Of a DNA stretch of 64,000 bases, positions 14,415-28,170 are shown piece by piece; position 1 is the first letter of the stretch; each line of letters opens with the position of its first letter. This DNA comes from Octopus vulgaris. Its lineage: Eukaryota. The notes beneath the pieces were generated by a model. It had not been told where the DNA came from. It worked only from the letters and a program-made list of their open reading frames with translations, and searched no databases. The stretch is taken from the NCBI GenBank assembly GCA_951406725.2, contig OX597829.1, positions 10,044,001-10,108,000 of the forward strand, in the 5' to 3' direction. The translations under genes and the position numbers were made by a program.

Positions 14415-14725
14415 CACACACACACACGTATACATATATATATTTACATACATATACATACATGTATTATGTATGTATGTATATTGTTGAAATTAAATAT
14501 TTTTGAAATATATAATACATATTGGGTGTCATGACGTTTGGGTTTTTTTTTTTTACGAACATCTCTGGTTTGTTTACTTCCATTCTAAATTTCTGCGCTG
14601 CTCCACTTTACGGAAACTTATGAATGCTCTACTTTGCTCTAAGTAATATAATATCTGAGTAGCTTGAATATATAGGACGGAATTTTTATGGCTTATATAT
14701 AAATACATACATATACATACATAAC

Positions 14726-14821
<96 letters not shown>

Positions 14822-14824
<3 letters not shown>

Positions 14825-14974
14825 TTTTTATATAAGCTTAAAGCTTATGGCGATCACCGTACAATGACTAAGAAATATAGTCTAATAAAGGGGCATATAA
14901 GCCCTCGACAGGAAAAAAGAAGGCTTTCCTATCCGCGTGGTATAGCCATTAACTTGAAGCTTATATAAAAATAC
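14822..14974. mobile_element. ~150-bp MITE-like element
   Basis: Terminal inverted repeat GTATTTTTATATAAGCTT (18 bp perfect, ~33 bp imperfect), next to (TA)n. Confidence 0.65.
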
Positions 14975-15035
14975 CACAATTATTACTTACAGGATTGTAA
15001 AAACGGCGCCGAATAAAAAACCATTCACACCGAAA

Positions 15036-15120
<85 letters not shown>

Positions 15121-15140
15121 TGTATGTATGTATGTATGTA

Positions 15141-15201
<61 letters not shown>

Positions 15202-16189
15202 GCTTATGAAAATCAGAGCACCAGACATTGTGGTATTTAAGTCCCAAAATAGACGTGTGCTCTAAAGGTGGATATTTTGTATATATTAGAATCGGTATAA
15301 TTGAGCAAAATCTTTGAAGAACTGCAGAATATTTATGAAAGTACTAGAAGAATATTGTGTGTGTATGTGAGTGAGGTTCCAATTGCAGTCTGAAGCGCAT
15401 AGTTCTACAACTGCACAAGCTCCTAACTAATCTGTGTATGAATATTAGTTTCAGGAAATGTCCGGACATGCGGAAGGTACGGAAGCAGTTGTTTAGCAAA
15501 ACCTTTCATGCAACAATTTCATCTTATCTCTCAGCGCTGAAAGCTGGCATTTATGGTGTTATTTTACCGAGAACATATCAGCTAGCTCTTATTCGCAGAT
15601 GGAGAAATTTGGGGAAGCTAAGATTCATAAAGTACAACGATGCCTCTGCGACAACTGTATTGCACTGAGCCGAGTTATTTGAGTATGGTATGTGAAGTAT
15701 TCCGGACACTTTTCCGATGCGCTTTGGTACAAAGTAGCTATTCCTTCCGTCTGCTGTTCGTTCGCCGTCATTGCATAGCGCTCGCTTCTCCTAATTACTG
15801 TTGTTATTACGTATAGTGCGAATATATTCAGTCTTTCACTGCTTACTGTCCATTGTAACTTCCTGTAGGTCAATATTTTTCTTGTAAGTCAGCTTAAAGT
15901 GCAGGTAAAGATGTAATGGCTGCAGTTCATTGATGAATCCATTCTTTTACACAGTGCTGTCTCAACTATCACTTTTCAATAATTTTCTCAAGGATTTCAT
16001 CGTGACAAAGCCAACGTTTAAGGAGATCTTAGCTTAACATATTACACACGTTAGATGTCTGTCGCAAGATTACCTCTACATGGCGAAAAGAAATATGGAA
16101 TTAAAGAGAAATAAAAGGGAAGAACTTAAGGAAGCTCGAGATGCCACCGAATCAAGATTCAGTTTAGAATATATGAATAATGAAATTAA

Positions 16190-16385
16190 CGAAGCGAGCT
16201 GGCAGAATCGTTAGCTTCCCGTAATAAAATAAGCGGCATTTCTTCTGACTTTACGTTCAAGTTCAAATGCTGCCGTGGTGTACTTTACCTCTCATCGTTT
16301 CGGGACTGATAAAATAAGTACCAGTCAGTGGAACCGACTTGAAACCTCCCCCACAATCGGTGCTCTTGTACCAAAATTTGAAACC
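16190..16385 (+). mobile_element. tRNA-derived SINE, family B (central domain resembling Meta-SINE core)
   Basis: GCGAGCTGGCAGAATCGTTAGC head, GTTCAAAT B-box, CTTT.CC.TCATC.TTTCGGG..GATAAAATAAGTACCAG core, TACCAAAATTTGAAAC tail. Confidence 0.75.
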
Positions 16386-16470
16386 CATGCATGAATAACA
16401 AATTCTACTAAAATACCTTAAAGATGCTTTCTTACCTCTTGTTTGCATAAACAATCATGCATACACATGC

Positions 16471-16505
<35 letters not shown>

Positions 16506-16860
16506 CATGCATACGTAAATATAAATGTATGTCTGTGTGTAATATATATACATACACACATATATATGTATAACTAACTAACTAACATATACGTTTTGTA
16601 TATGTGAGCGTATATATATATGCATGAATATATAGATATATATACACATACATAAATAAATATAAGAGAGTGGTCACTATATGGCTCACTCTAGCACTAG
16701 TAAATCCAAAAGGTTTCAACCACAAAAATACATGTTTCCCATGAAAGTCAGTACGATTGTTAGCTCACACGAACAGGGCAAATAAAAAATAACAAAAATA
16801 TATATATGTATATATGTACATTCATGTATACGTATATGTCTATATATACATATACATGTA

Positions 16861-17085
<225 letters not shown>

Positions 17086-17167
17086 TAAACCCCTTTTATA
17101 TCTCTTGAATTCCATATTTCTTTTCTCCAAGTAGCGGTAATCTTGCGACAGGTATCTAGCGTGTTTA

Positions 17168-17228
<61 letters not shown>

Positions 17229-17560
17229 CTTGGAGAGAAGATTTTCCCTCAATAAGTTAAGATTGAGGAAAGAACCTTTTTCTAAAAAGATTCTTTTCTC
17301 AATCATAACTCATGGAGAAAAAATCTTCTCTCCAAATATTATAACTGTATCAAGACATTTCTAATACACTCCAAATATATATATATATAGGTATTTTGGT
17401 GCAAAGAGGAAAAATAGAAGTCAAAATATGAATGTATGAATATTTTTATTATTATTTAGCAGAAGCAACACAGTGACACAAGAGCCAAGAATTTCATGCG
17501 TTGACACTTATCAAATATATATTCGCCTATTTATGCATATAAGCACGTGCGTATATATAT

Positions 17561-17628
<68 letters not shown>

Positions 17629-17674
17629 TGTTGATGTTGTAGTAGTTGTAGTAGTAGTAGTAGTAGTAGTAGTT

Positions 17675-17712
<38 letters not shown>

Positions 17713-17725
17713 TGTAGTAGTAGTA
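17561..17725. repeat. (TAG)n microsatellite with TTG variants
   Basis: Directly visible. Confidence 0.95.
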
Positions 17726-17873
17726 GGCGTACTATAAGGGAACAATCAAGTTCCCTTTGGAACCACTAGGTCCCTGGTTCCATCTCATAGTGTGCTGTTT
17801 TTTGCAAATGTCATTTTCCATAGTCTCTGGCCTAAATCTTGTGAGTGACGTTGAAGCAATTCATGTGCAATCT

Positions 17874-17993
17874 TATATGTATATAAGCGCAGACGTGGTT
17901 GTGTGGTAACAAACCTATTTCCCAAACACATAGTTCCGGGCTCAGTCCCATTGCGTGACAGCTTGGGCAAGTGTCTTCTACTATGGCTACAGG
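17874..17993 (+). repeat. 120-bp inverted duplicate of 19448-19567 (SINE A head plus flank)
   Basis: Reads as the exact reverse complement, including non-consensus bases and flanking TATATGTATATAAG. Confidence 0.85.
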
Positions 17994-18194
17994 AAAGGAA
18001 CACGTGCCTGCGGAATGCCTATTCATTCACTAGCAGGTAGTTCAGTTGGTTAGGCAACTGACGTCTCTTCGCTGAACGACGGGGTTCCACTGTCACAACC
18101 ACAAACACACACTTGCGCGCACGCACACACACGCACACACACGCACACACACACACACACACACATACATGTACACATAAATGCACGCACATAA

Positions 18195-18356
18195 GATACA
18201 CTCACACAGCAAGGTTCGCCACCGCCCCCTGCTGGAACCTTGTGGGGCTTTAGGTGTTTTCGCTGAATAAACACTCACAACGCCCGGTCTGGGAATCGAA
18301 ACCGCCCTCCCATGACCGCGAGTCCGTTGCCCTAACCACTGGGCCATTGCTCCCTC
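18195..18356 (-). mobile_element. tRNA-derived SINE head, family C
   Basis: Minus strand TGGCCCAGTGGTTAGGGC (A box) ... GGTTTCGATTCCC (B box), then a non-tRNA body. Confidence 0.7.
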
Positions 18357-18377
18357 ACACACACACGCACACACACG

Positions 18378-18423
<46 letters not shown>

Positions 18424-18507
18424 CAGTGAGAGTGACATGGACAAAGAGAGACAGAGAGAAACAAGTAGATATATATACACATTTATATATCTATAAACAA
18501 TACATAT

Positions 18508-18907
18508 GGAGTGGCTGTGTGGTAAGTAGCTTGTTTACCAACCACATGGTTCCGGGTTCAGTCCCACTGCGTGACACATTGGGCAAGTGTCTTCTACTAT
18601 AGCCTCGGGCCGACCAAAGCCTTGTGAGTGGATTTGGTAGACGGAAACTGAAAGAAGCCCGTCGTATATATGTATATATTATATGCGTGTGTGTGTCTGT
18701 GTTTGTTCCCCTAGCATTGCTTGGCAACCGATGCTGGTGTGTTTATGTCCCCGTTACTTAGCGGTTCGGCAAAAGAGACCGATAGAATAATTACTGGGCT
18801 TACAAAAGAATAAGTCCCGGGGTCGAGTTGCTCGATTAAAGGCGGTGCTCCAGCATGGCCGCAGTCAAATGACTGAAACAAGTAAAAGAGTAAAAGAGTA
18901 AAAGAGT
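18508..18907 (+). mobile_element. SINE family A, full length
   Basis: Intact head, short internal microsatellite, (GTAAAAGA)n tail. Confidence 0.9.
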
Positions 18908-18916
18908 ATATGCATG

Positions 18917-18953
<37 letters not shown>

Positions 18954-19065
18954 GTATAATATGTGACAATTTTTCGGTTGCCATAATAAGACTCCAAGTT
19001 TCGGATGTCTGGGCGGAAAACTGCTACGGCATCTCGTCAGTTATCAAGGCAATCAAATATTCTTT

Positions 19066-19273
19066 CCTTCTTTCATTTTTTTAATTGTTTCAATCATCTG
19101 ACTGCGGTCATGCTGGAGCACCACCTGTAGTCGAACAAATCGACCCCAGGACCTATTCTTTGTAATACTTGTAATTATTTTATTGGTATTTTTTGACGAA
19201 CCGCTACGTTACGGGCAATAAACCCACAAAGATCGGTTCTCAAGTGATGGTGGGAGGACAAATATACACACAA

Positions 19274-19305
<32 letters not shown>

Positions 19306-19349
19306 ACACCCACACACAAACACACACACACACACATACACACACACAA

Positions 19350-19392
<43 letters not shown>

Positions 19393-19553
19393 CGACGAGC
19401 TTCTTTCAATTTCAGTCTAACAAATCCACTCACAAGGCTTTGGTCGGCCTGTAGCCATAGTAGAAGACACTTGCCCAAGCTGTCACGCAATGGGACTGAG
19501 CCCGGAACTATGTGTTTGGGAAATAGGTTTGTTACCACACAACCACGTCTGCG
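19066..19553 (-). mobile_element. SINE family A, full length
   Basis: Reverse complement of the family A layout; tail-to-tail with 18508-18907. Confidence 0.85.
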
Positions 19554-19570
19554 CTTATATACATATATTA

Positions 19571-19690
19571 TTCTTAAGCAAGAATGTTGTTCACAGTGAC
19601 TTCGAAGTTATGGTCAGCTAACCCATCATCAGATGATGTGTTAGATGGCCGAATCTTTCAAGTCACTGTAAACACCATTCTTGTTTGGAA
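19571..19690. repeat. ~115-bp imperfect palindrome (hairpin)
   Basis: CAAGAATGTTGTTCACAGTGACTT...CATCATC-A-GATGATG...AAGTCACTGTAAACACCATTCTTG. Confidence 0.8.
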
Positions 19691-19852
19691 TTTCTACTCA
19701 ACAAAATTATAGAGTAACCCATTAGATTACTGTCAAATTGTTTTTATTACAACTGAACATGGAAACAAGAATTATTATATACATATATACAGAGACAGAG
19801 AGAGAGAGAGATACATACATACATACATACATACATACATACATGCATATAA

Positions 19853-19920
<68 letters not shown>

Positions 19921-19924
<4 letters not shown>

Positions 19925-20090
19925 AGTATTCAGTAAAAAACAAAAGACGAAGACAGGTGGTGTAGAGAACAAATAGATGTATTAGTATAACGCTCGGGGA
20001 GTGAAAAAGTCTTTAACGGTTCGAGCCAAGATCTTCTACAGAAAGGGACACAGGAAAAAACAAGTAGAGAAAATAAAGAACGTGCAGTGG

Positions 20091-20092
<2 letters not shown>
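19921..20092 (-). mobile_element. PLE pseudo-LTR-like repeat with degenerate hammerhead, embedded in (TA)n
   Basis: Minus strand CTTT-CTGTAGAAGATCTTGGCTCGAACCGTT-AAAG resembles CTGANGAAGAG..CTCGAAACGTT; (TA)n on both sides. Confidence 0.5.
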
Positions 20093-20168
<76 letters not shown>

Positions 20169-20276
20169 GCAGTGTTACATTCTGCTTCAAATATTGCTGA
20201 ATATTAAATATACAGTTACTCAAAAAGTTTATGGAAATGAATTAGAGAATAGAATGGGAGCAGATATAATATAAAT

Positions 20277-20318
<42 letters not shown>

Positions 20319-20488
20319 TATACATACATATATATATAAAATTCTTCATAGTGTATCAGTCCTTACATTTTATTAATAGCCTGACATAGATTTAGTCATG
20401 TCTTGGTCACTGCCGAGATAAGTTATATCTCCTTTCTGTTTTATGACTAAGGCCACTGTCGGCCGAAATATTAAGCGTATACTTTCCA

Positions 20489-20534
<46 letters not shown>

Positions 20535-20774
20535 ATTTGCTTACATTTATAATTTGCTGAATAACTCGCAATAGGTACATGCAAACATACATACACATAT
20601 ACATTACCACATGCATTCACACATGTATTCGCACATACAGGCACGCATACATACACATGCATGTATATATATATATATGCAAATATTACATTTGTGTCTA
20701 CAATTGAGTGTATAAGTTCATAAATCTACAAATATATGTATATCTTTGCTTATCTATCTATTTATCTAGCTATC

Positions 20775-20852
<78 letters not shown>

Positions 20853-20940
20853 GATTACATGCAGATACATATAAATGCTTGCATTGCACGTGCGCACAAT
20901 TACTTGCAGCGCAGACACACACACATAGACTTTTACGTAA

Positions 20941-21031
<91 letters not shown>

Positions 21032-21121
21032 TGTGCATACAATTTGTCAGTTTGAAACATAAATTTGAATCTTTACCACGTCTCCATTCCCAGCGAATTT
21101 TACATCTCTTTATAACATCCA

Positions 21122-21160
<39 letters not shown>

Positions 21161-21718
21161 AGCTCTTTATATTGTTGTGTTCTTTTATTTTTCCTAACAT
21201 CGAATGATAAAAATCAATACAGATTGTCGTGTCATTTCTAATCAACGTATTCAGCGGTAAGTAATTAGAACAAAAGCCGTGTTTAAATCTCAATCATCGC
21301 TGTTTTCGAATGTTTTGCTTGAAAGTTTTAGTATTTATTTAATTATTGCTAATACATAAAACCGTACCTAAACTTTCTTTTTTTTTTTTTTTTTGTCTTT
21401 AATCTTTCGCGAAAATATACGAACAGAAACAAAAGAATAAAAGAAAAACGAAATTAAAAATATAAAAAAGTTAAGAAAATTGGAAAGAAAAATGCATGAA
21501 AGAAATTATTGCATAGCATAAACAATCTTTAGGACAGCTAATATTTTTCAACAGTAATTTTACAGATTTTCTTCTGTTGTAATTTTCGAAGTTCATCTCA
21601 TATTCCATCTTTATTTTTTTTTTTGTTATTTATTCCTTTATTTATTTATTTACATTTTCTTTTTACATTTCCTTGTTCATTTTTTCTTCTGTACTACTAC
21701 AACCTCTTCTTCTTCCCC

Positions 21719-21869
21719 TTCTTCTTCTTCTTCTTCTTCTTCTTCTTCTTCTTCTTCTTCTTCTTCTTCTTCTTCTTCTTCTTCTTCTTCTTCTTCTTCT
21801 TCTTCTTCTTCTTCTTCTTCTTCTTCTTCTTCTTCTTCTTCTTCTTCTTCTTCTTCTTCTTCTTCTTCT
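21719..21869. repeat. (TTC)n, ~50 units
   Basis: Directly visible. Confidence 0.95.
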
Positions 21870-22964
21870 ACAGCGTCTCAACCAAACCCACAAAAAAAGC
21901 GGCGCGCCTTCACTAACTTCAACACCACTATCACCAGCAGCAACGCCAGCAACACCACCACCACCACCATCACTACCACCACCATCTACTACAACTACTA
22001 CCAGCGCCTTAAATTGTATCCCCTCTTTTTTCTTTCTTACACTTCACATCCTAACCCCGTTACACACTTTACAAAATGACGAAAGATGGAAAAACCTTCC
22101 ATTCTATGCCATAGATAGACAGTTTGGATCCTGTGATTGTAAACAATCTTAATATATATATATAAGTAGCATGATGTGTGAAGGAACATATCAACAGGTG
22201 CGTTCTTAGATAACTGCAAAAATATATATAATAATAAGTGGAAGGATAAAATATCAGGAAGGCTGCATAGATGCAGATTTCAGATTATTTCTTTCTATTT
22301 CTTAATTTTCAAAGCTCTGAATGGTATCTGAAAAACTGATAAGAATTACTATATAACAATTGCAAAAAGAAAAGGCACTCCTATCCTAAATTGTTATCTT
22401 TACAAAATATTGCTGTTTGCTGCCAGATATTAAACGCTCAATATCAACATTTCCGCACACTGAATGCGTTATGCATTGTTCCCAAAGTGAAATAATTCCT
22501 TTTCCGATTTGCAGTCTCGGTTTCCGCTTACGATTTTCAAGACGACAGTTTTTGTGATACAACACCTCCCTCTCAACACCACTTATGTCCATTTGAACAA
22601 TGATATTAACTCTGCTGTTTAACATTTATCTGCCACACTCGCCTTTTCCCTCCCACTCTGCTGCTGCTGTGATTCACACATGCCATGTGCTCTCACCCTC
22701 CCCACCTACCATCTCTCTCTCTCCCTATCTCTCTCTCCCTCCCTACCTCTCTCTCTCTCTCTCTCTCTCGTAACATTTTCCTACCATACGTAAAAAATAA
22801 AAAATAAAGAAAATGAAATCCCACATATTTCTATAAGTGTTCGGATAATGGCCTCATAACGAGATGTATATAGCAACAACAACAACAAAAACTGTAATGA
22901 TGCCGACGGCGACATTGATGGTAGTGAAAATGACGAAGCAAACGTGAGAAGCGATAGGTAGACG

Positions 22965-23120
22965 CTCGATCTACTAGAAATAACAACCAAAGTTTCACTA
23001 AAATCGAATCTGATTGTGTTTACAGATGTCATAAATATATTATAATAGAAGATGGTCATTATTGGAATGTCTCCAATCATGTCTAATCGATCGGGTCTGA
23101 CACTACCTAAACAACGACGA
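22965..23120 (+). mobile_element. decayed interspersed repeat (related copies ~35965-36145 + and ~44985-45210 -)
   Basis: Shared ATAACA.CCAAA..T..CT.AAATC and GGTCA..A.TGGAA..C...GA...T...CT..T.GAT words. Confidence 0.45.
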
Positions 23121-23126
23121 ATGAAG

Positions 23127-23176
<50 letters not shown>

Positions 23177-23244
23177 GGTGGTGGTGGTGGTGGTAGTAGT
23201 AGTAATAGTAGTAGTAGTAGTGATGGTGGTAAGGATAATATAGA

Positions 23245-23415
23245 CACAACGCCTGAAATTTTGGTGGGAGAGAACTGGTCCTAAATTTATCGACTCCGAA
23301 AGGATGAAATCCAAAGTGGACCTTGGCAGAATTTAAACTCAGAACGTAAAAGACAGACGAAATGCTGCTAAACATTTTACACGGCGTGCTTAATGGTTCT
23401 GCCAGCTCGCTGCCT
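23245..23415 (-). mobile_element. SINE family B
   Basis: Reverse complement of family B head and core (GGCAGCGAGCTGGCAGAACC...). Confidence 0.8.
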
Positions 23416-23589
23416 GATAATGATGATGATGATGATGACGACGACGACGACGATGACGATGATCATGATGATTACGATAATAATAATAATGAACTCTCCC
23501 ATCGAAGATGTCCTCTGAGTGTTCAGTCTTTTTGCTGAATGACCTGCACACAAATGATTTGTTTATTGTAATCAAATGTATGTGTTGTA

Positions 23590-23787
23590 CATTAGCTCAC
23601 TCTCTCTCCCTCAAAACGACGTTACCTGAACAGGTGCAAGGTGTGCCATGTGTCAGGTGTCAAAGTGATTGCAGAGTAACATGAGATGAAGTGTTTTGCT
23701 CAAGGACACAATGCAAAACCTGGTCAAGCAATTGAAATTACGATCCTGTGATCATAAGTGCAACACCCTGACCACTAAGCCGTGCAT
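23590..23787 (-). mobile_element. tRNA-derived SINE with V-domain-like motif
   Basis: Minus strand GGCTTAGTGGTCAGGG head and TTGTGTCCTTGAGCAAAACACTT. Confidence 0.55.
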
Positions 23788-23813
23788 TCTAATAATAATA
23801 GTGATGATGATGA

Positions 23814-24495
23814 TTTCTTTTATAAGCCATTGAAGCATAGACGATGTAACATCACGAAGACAATTAGTAATTTGAGGAGAAATAAAGGGGAAAATAGTGA
23901 AATGATACAGAAGTATACATAGCACAAAGTATGTGGTAACATGAATGATGCAGTCGTCTTGATACAGAAGAAACCCCATCTAGGACCAATTAAGGAACCC
24001 CACCGATCTAGGATTACCTTGGCCACCAAAGGCACGAGTCCTATTCCAGATGTTGCTCTCCAATCTAAAGGCGTACAATTAGCGGATGTCATTCAGTCTA
24101 ACCTCTGTTTTGTCACAGTCGCTCATATTTTCCCAAATTCTCTGGGAGTTTGCATTTCCCTCTCCAGTTTAACTTACCTTTCCAAATGGATCATGAGAAA
24201 AGTCGATGAAGGCTTGACCGAAGAGGGCCGTGTCTTTCCTCGATGCTTTCAGCCACGTCCACCACACAACCTCTTTCGCCAGAGTGGTTAAACATTGTCT
24301 GAATTGCCTGACGAAACGTGGGTGAGGAGGCGATACTCACGATAGATTCGGGTGATAGTTGGATTTGCCTCACACGCGATTACAGCTCCTCGATATAGGA
24401 ACAGCCTGCTCGTGAAATTAACGTGCAAGTGACTGACCAATCCACAGACACGTGTACAACTTAACGTAATGTTGCCCGTGCTGCAGGTGGTGGCT
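23814..24495 (-). mobile_element. old Tx1-type LINE 3' fragment
   Basis: Minus-strand peptides SRVRQIQLSPESIVSIA and LAKEVVWWTWLKASRKDTALFGQAFIDF align to SRVGRVRLSAESVVGIA and MVKECVWWTRAKGLETNTYLSGQSLINF of the Tx1 ORF2 at 50805-51150. Tail ATAAAAGAAA joins (TCA)n. Confidence 0.75.
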
Positions 24496-24654
24496 ACAAA
24501 AAAAAAAAGAAAAAAGCTTGCAGGTGATTGTGAGTAAATACTTGTGACTTAGCCGGATTTTTTTTTTATTACTGTTCCTTATTAAAATATTGCGTAATGA
24601 AATCAGTCCATTCTTTGTGAATAACCCTGTATATATATATACACACATAGATAG

Positions 24655-24727
<73 letters not shown>

Positions 24728-25959
24728 AGCATGCATACATATATGTGTATACGTATGTATATATATGTATATATTCATACATACATATCAATGTGTGTGC
24801 GTGTCATTGTGCTTTTGTTTTTACCCCTCATCACACCCACCCATCCACCGGTATTGTTTTGTTTACGACTCCATATCAACTAAAATCTTTCAAAATAATT
24901 CACTCTAGTTACTTTGTTACTTCTCAATGCAAATTACTTCGGTTCTGTTTCAAAAAGTAGGTCACTTCAATGTACAGTAGTATCTGCCCGCTGGTCAGCT
25001 TAAATGACAACTTATATGAGCCATTTCGAATCACCCGCCCAATCCCTCAAAGCTGTCCTTTCTCATCCCTTCAGCGTGTACTAACTGTGGCTCACTGTCA
25101 CAGAAACTTGAATTACTGAAGAACATCCAGTTCAAAACGGAACACGGAAGTGATGAGTTACAATTTGGAGACGATATTATCATAATGGAATTGGAGTTGG
25201 CTGGCACAATTGAAAAGGAATGAGTGGTGGTAATAGGAGTAAATTAAAACGAATAATTCGGTAAGCTCACAGCACCACAATAGGCAAGTCTATGTGGTCA
25301 ACGTTGAGTGGCACAGAATAACGATTCGAAAAATTTGCTTGGGTTATGCATTGGTCGTTAACTGAATAGCAACTGGGGTGGTGTTAAAAGGAGGATAGTC
25401 ATTCTCATGGGAACACGAAAGACATTTCAGACAAATGTGATGATGCACTCGTGCATCACTTCGGTCGTCGTGTATTTTCGCCTTAAATTCTTCCTATACT
25501 CTCGCTTTCGTCTGTGCAAATTGGATACGTTCTATCGATCGCATCACTCTTCAGCCGCTAACATCATATGCAGAGAGAACTTGGTGTTTTGTAAATGAAA
25601 ATGTATTGACACATTGTAATGCTGAGCACAAGCTGTGTCGTAGAACAGTGAACTAGTCCCCTCTCTTAAGTTCATCTCTACTACGGATCTGCAGTCCCGT
25701 GTCAAACGAAGATCAAGATATAAGAAATAGTATCAGGCGCATGCACAGCTCTCAGTCAAACTTCAAGTGGAGCTACAGGGACATTCATGTTTGCTTTCAA
25801 TGACCAGCCTTCGTTATCATTCAAAACAGTCGTGAAGGCAGTTTTAATTGACTGAGGTAGAGATACATGAGCAGGATGAGGTCACGAATGTCGAAAAGAA
25901 AAAAAACAAACGCCGGTGAACGAGTTAATTGTTTGATTGTGAAAACAAAGGAAGATAAA

Positions 25960-26075
25960 CACGAATTACGAATTACATAGAGAAAGAGTAGACTGGCAAA
26001 TGCATTTGCTGTTTTGTTCTTGAAAAGGGAGGCCACATTTACTGAAGTCGTAACTGATCACAAACCTTTGGCATC
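25960..26075 (+). mobile_element. highly decayed Gypsy-type RNase H remnant
   Basis: With frameshifts: TNYE..IEKE-LANAFAV ... EVVTDHKPLA, matching NY...EKE.LA......F.V.TDHKPL. Confidence 0.45.
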
Positions 26076-26403
26076 GTGCACATATCACCTATGAATATTA
26101 CGTAAATTTGACTTCTTGAAACAGCTGGTGAGATTAGACACTATATAAGGTTTTCCATTACACATTTTTTCCTTTATTATATAACTTTTATTTTGCGATC
26201 CACGTAAAAACATGCCTCAAGCCTAATTATTTATCCCGCTTACAACCTCCATAACAGCTCGATATTGATTGGTCTTACAACAACTTTCTATGCCATGGGC
26301 CTTGCCCTGGATGAAGACGTTGAAATTCAAGTTCGCATTCATTTGATCATTATTCTGTGATATCTATATAGTGCTTATTTTGCTCTCATCCACTCACTCT
26401 TCA

Positions 26404-26655
<252 letters not shown>

Positions 26656-26725
26656 TATCGAACTATTAATCCGTATGTTTGTCTGCCTGTTTATCTATTT
26701 GTCTCTATATTTATCTACCTAACAA

Positions 26726-26759
<34 letters not shown>

Positions 26760-27039
26760 AAAATTATGTTATAATTATATATATAATTATAACGAGGGGT
26801 CAGCGTTATGCTTCGCCACATACTGATTACAAATAGACGCTGTCTATTTTTTTTTCGATACCATAAAATCTTCGAGAAATAATACACTTTTAATGTAGGC
26901 AAAAAGCTGACCCCTTGATATAATTATGTATATAAGTATAAAATAATTTCTAAAATTTACGTAAAAGCTTTTTATTTCCGTACTAGCTACCTGGTAAAAT
27001 TATTATTGATTATACCCTAAATTATTAATATGTATATAT

Positions 27040-27300
27040 CATCATCTTCATCATCATCGTTTAACGTACGCTTCCCATGCTTGCATGGGTTGGACGGTTT
27101 GTCTGAGGATTAGTGAGCCAGAGGCTGCACTAGGCTTAATTTGATCTGGCAAAGTTTCTACAGCTGGATGCCCTTCCTAACGCCAACCACTCCGAGAGTG
27201 TTGTGGGTGCGTTTACGTACCACCGGCACAAGGGCCAGTCAGGTGGTTCTGGCAACGACCACGCTCAAAAGGTGTTTTTATGTGCTACCTGCATGGGATC
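27040..27300 (-). mobile_element. SINE with Nin-domain-like core and (GAT)n tail, 5'-truncated
   Basis: Minus strand GGTTGGCGTTAGGAAGGGCATCCAGC core; tail CATGGGAAGCGTACGTTAAACGATGATGATG. Confidence 0.7.
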
Positions 27301-27424
27301 AGCCGAAATTGCGAGGATGATCCGGTTCTTGACTGAAGATTGAAGGCTTCGAATGTCCCGTCCGTGTTTTTTGTATCGTCTTCTAAATGTTTTGCGTTCT
27401 TGTCCCAGTTTGTATTTTTTTACG

Positions 27425-27531
<107 letters not shown>

Positions 27532-27559
27532 TAGACTTAGATAAACTTAGATATGTTTC

Positions 27560-27818
27560 AACCAAAGATTGGTCGAGACCATGTCTAACTTAATAGCACC
27601 ACCTGATAGGATTATCTAAATCCTGTTTAAGTCAAGTTTTGTTTATGGTCCATTCCAGTAGTGAGTTCTTGTTGGGTGAGTTGTATACAATTATGGGTGG
27701 CTTATCCGGTATTCCTTGAAGAAATCTATCCAGACTCTGTTTAAAGTTGATGGGATCCTTTTCCGCTTTGATCTCTTTCGAGACAATGTTAAACAGGGCA
27801 GGCCCTATTGAGGAAAAG
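27560..27818 (-). mobile_element. CR1/L2-group LINE 3' fragment
   Basis: FSSIGPALFNIV.KEIK......FKQSLDRFLQGIPDKP......NSLLEW, typical of an ORF2 C-terminus. Confidence 0.65.
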
Positions 27819-28170
27819 GCTTTAATCAAAGAACAAATTGAACGTCTCCAAGATACACATGGTTCCAGAGGATCACTACCAAAAACTATTCATAATGTTC
27901 TATGTTCACACTGCCTGTCACGCTGCAGTTAAATTTGGTAATATGTCTTAACACTGTAAGGATTTGATGCAGATGCTGCTAAAATGTAAACTACCATTTC
28001 AATGTGCTCATGGGCGCCCATCTCTGATTCCTCTGCTTAATCTTCAATATTTTAAAAATAGCCTTGAAAAATCGAGGTTCCGTAAAATAAACCTGCAAAA
28101 ACTACGAGAAAATCTTATAGAGCAACAACAAGGATTACATCAAAAAGGAGAACTTGTAATATTTTCTTAA
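27819..28170 (+). pseudogene. MLH3: MLH3 (MutL homolog 3) C-terminal fragment, intronless and disabled
   Basis: LIKEQIERLQDTHGSRGSLPKTIHNVLCSH /frameshift/ ACHAAVKFGN.. stop ..CKDLMQMLLKCKLPFQCAHGRPSLIPL: MutL-C metal-binding motifs ACH..VKF and FQCAHGRP in MLH3 form. Confidence 0.85.

Noticed and set aside
18280-18356. tRNA gene
   Set aside because: A/B boxes are present but no acceptor stem or cloverleaf is evident and it continues into a repeat body: a SINE head.
24178-24310. Apparent minus-strand exon with good AG/GT sites (QFRQCLTTLAKEVVWWTW…)
   Set aside because: Aligns to the Tx1 ORF2 C-terminus elsewhere in the window, so it is a LINE relic.
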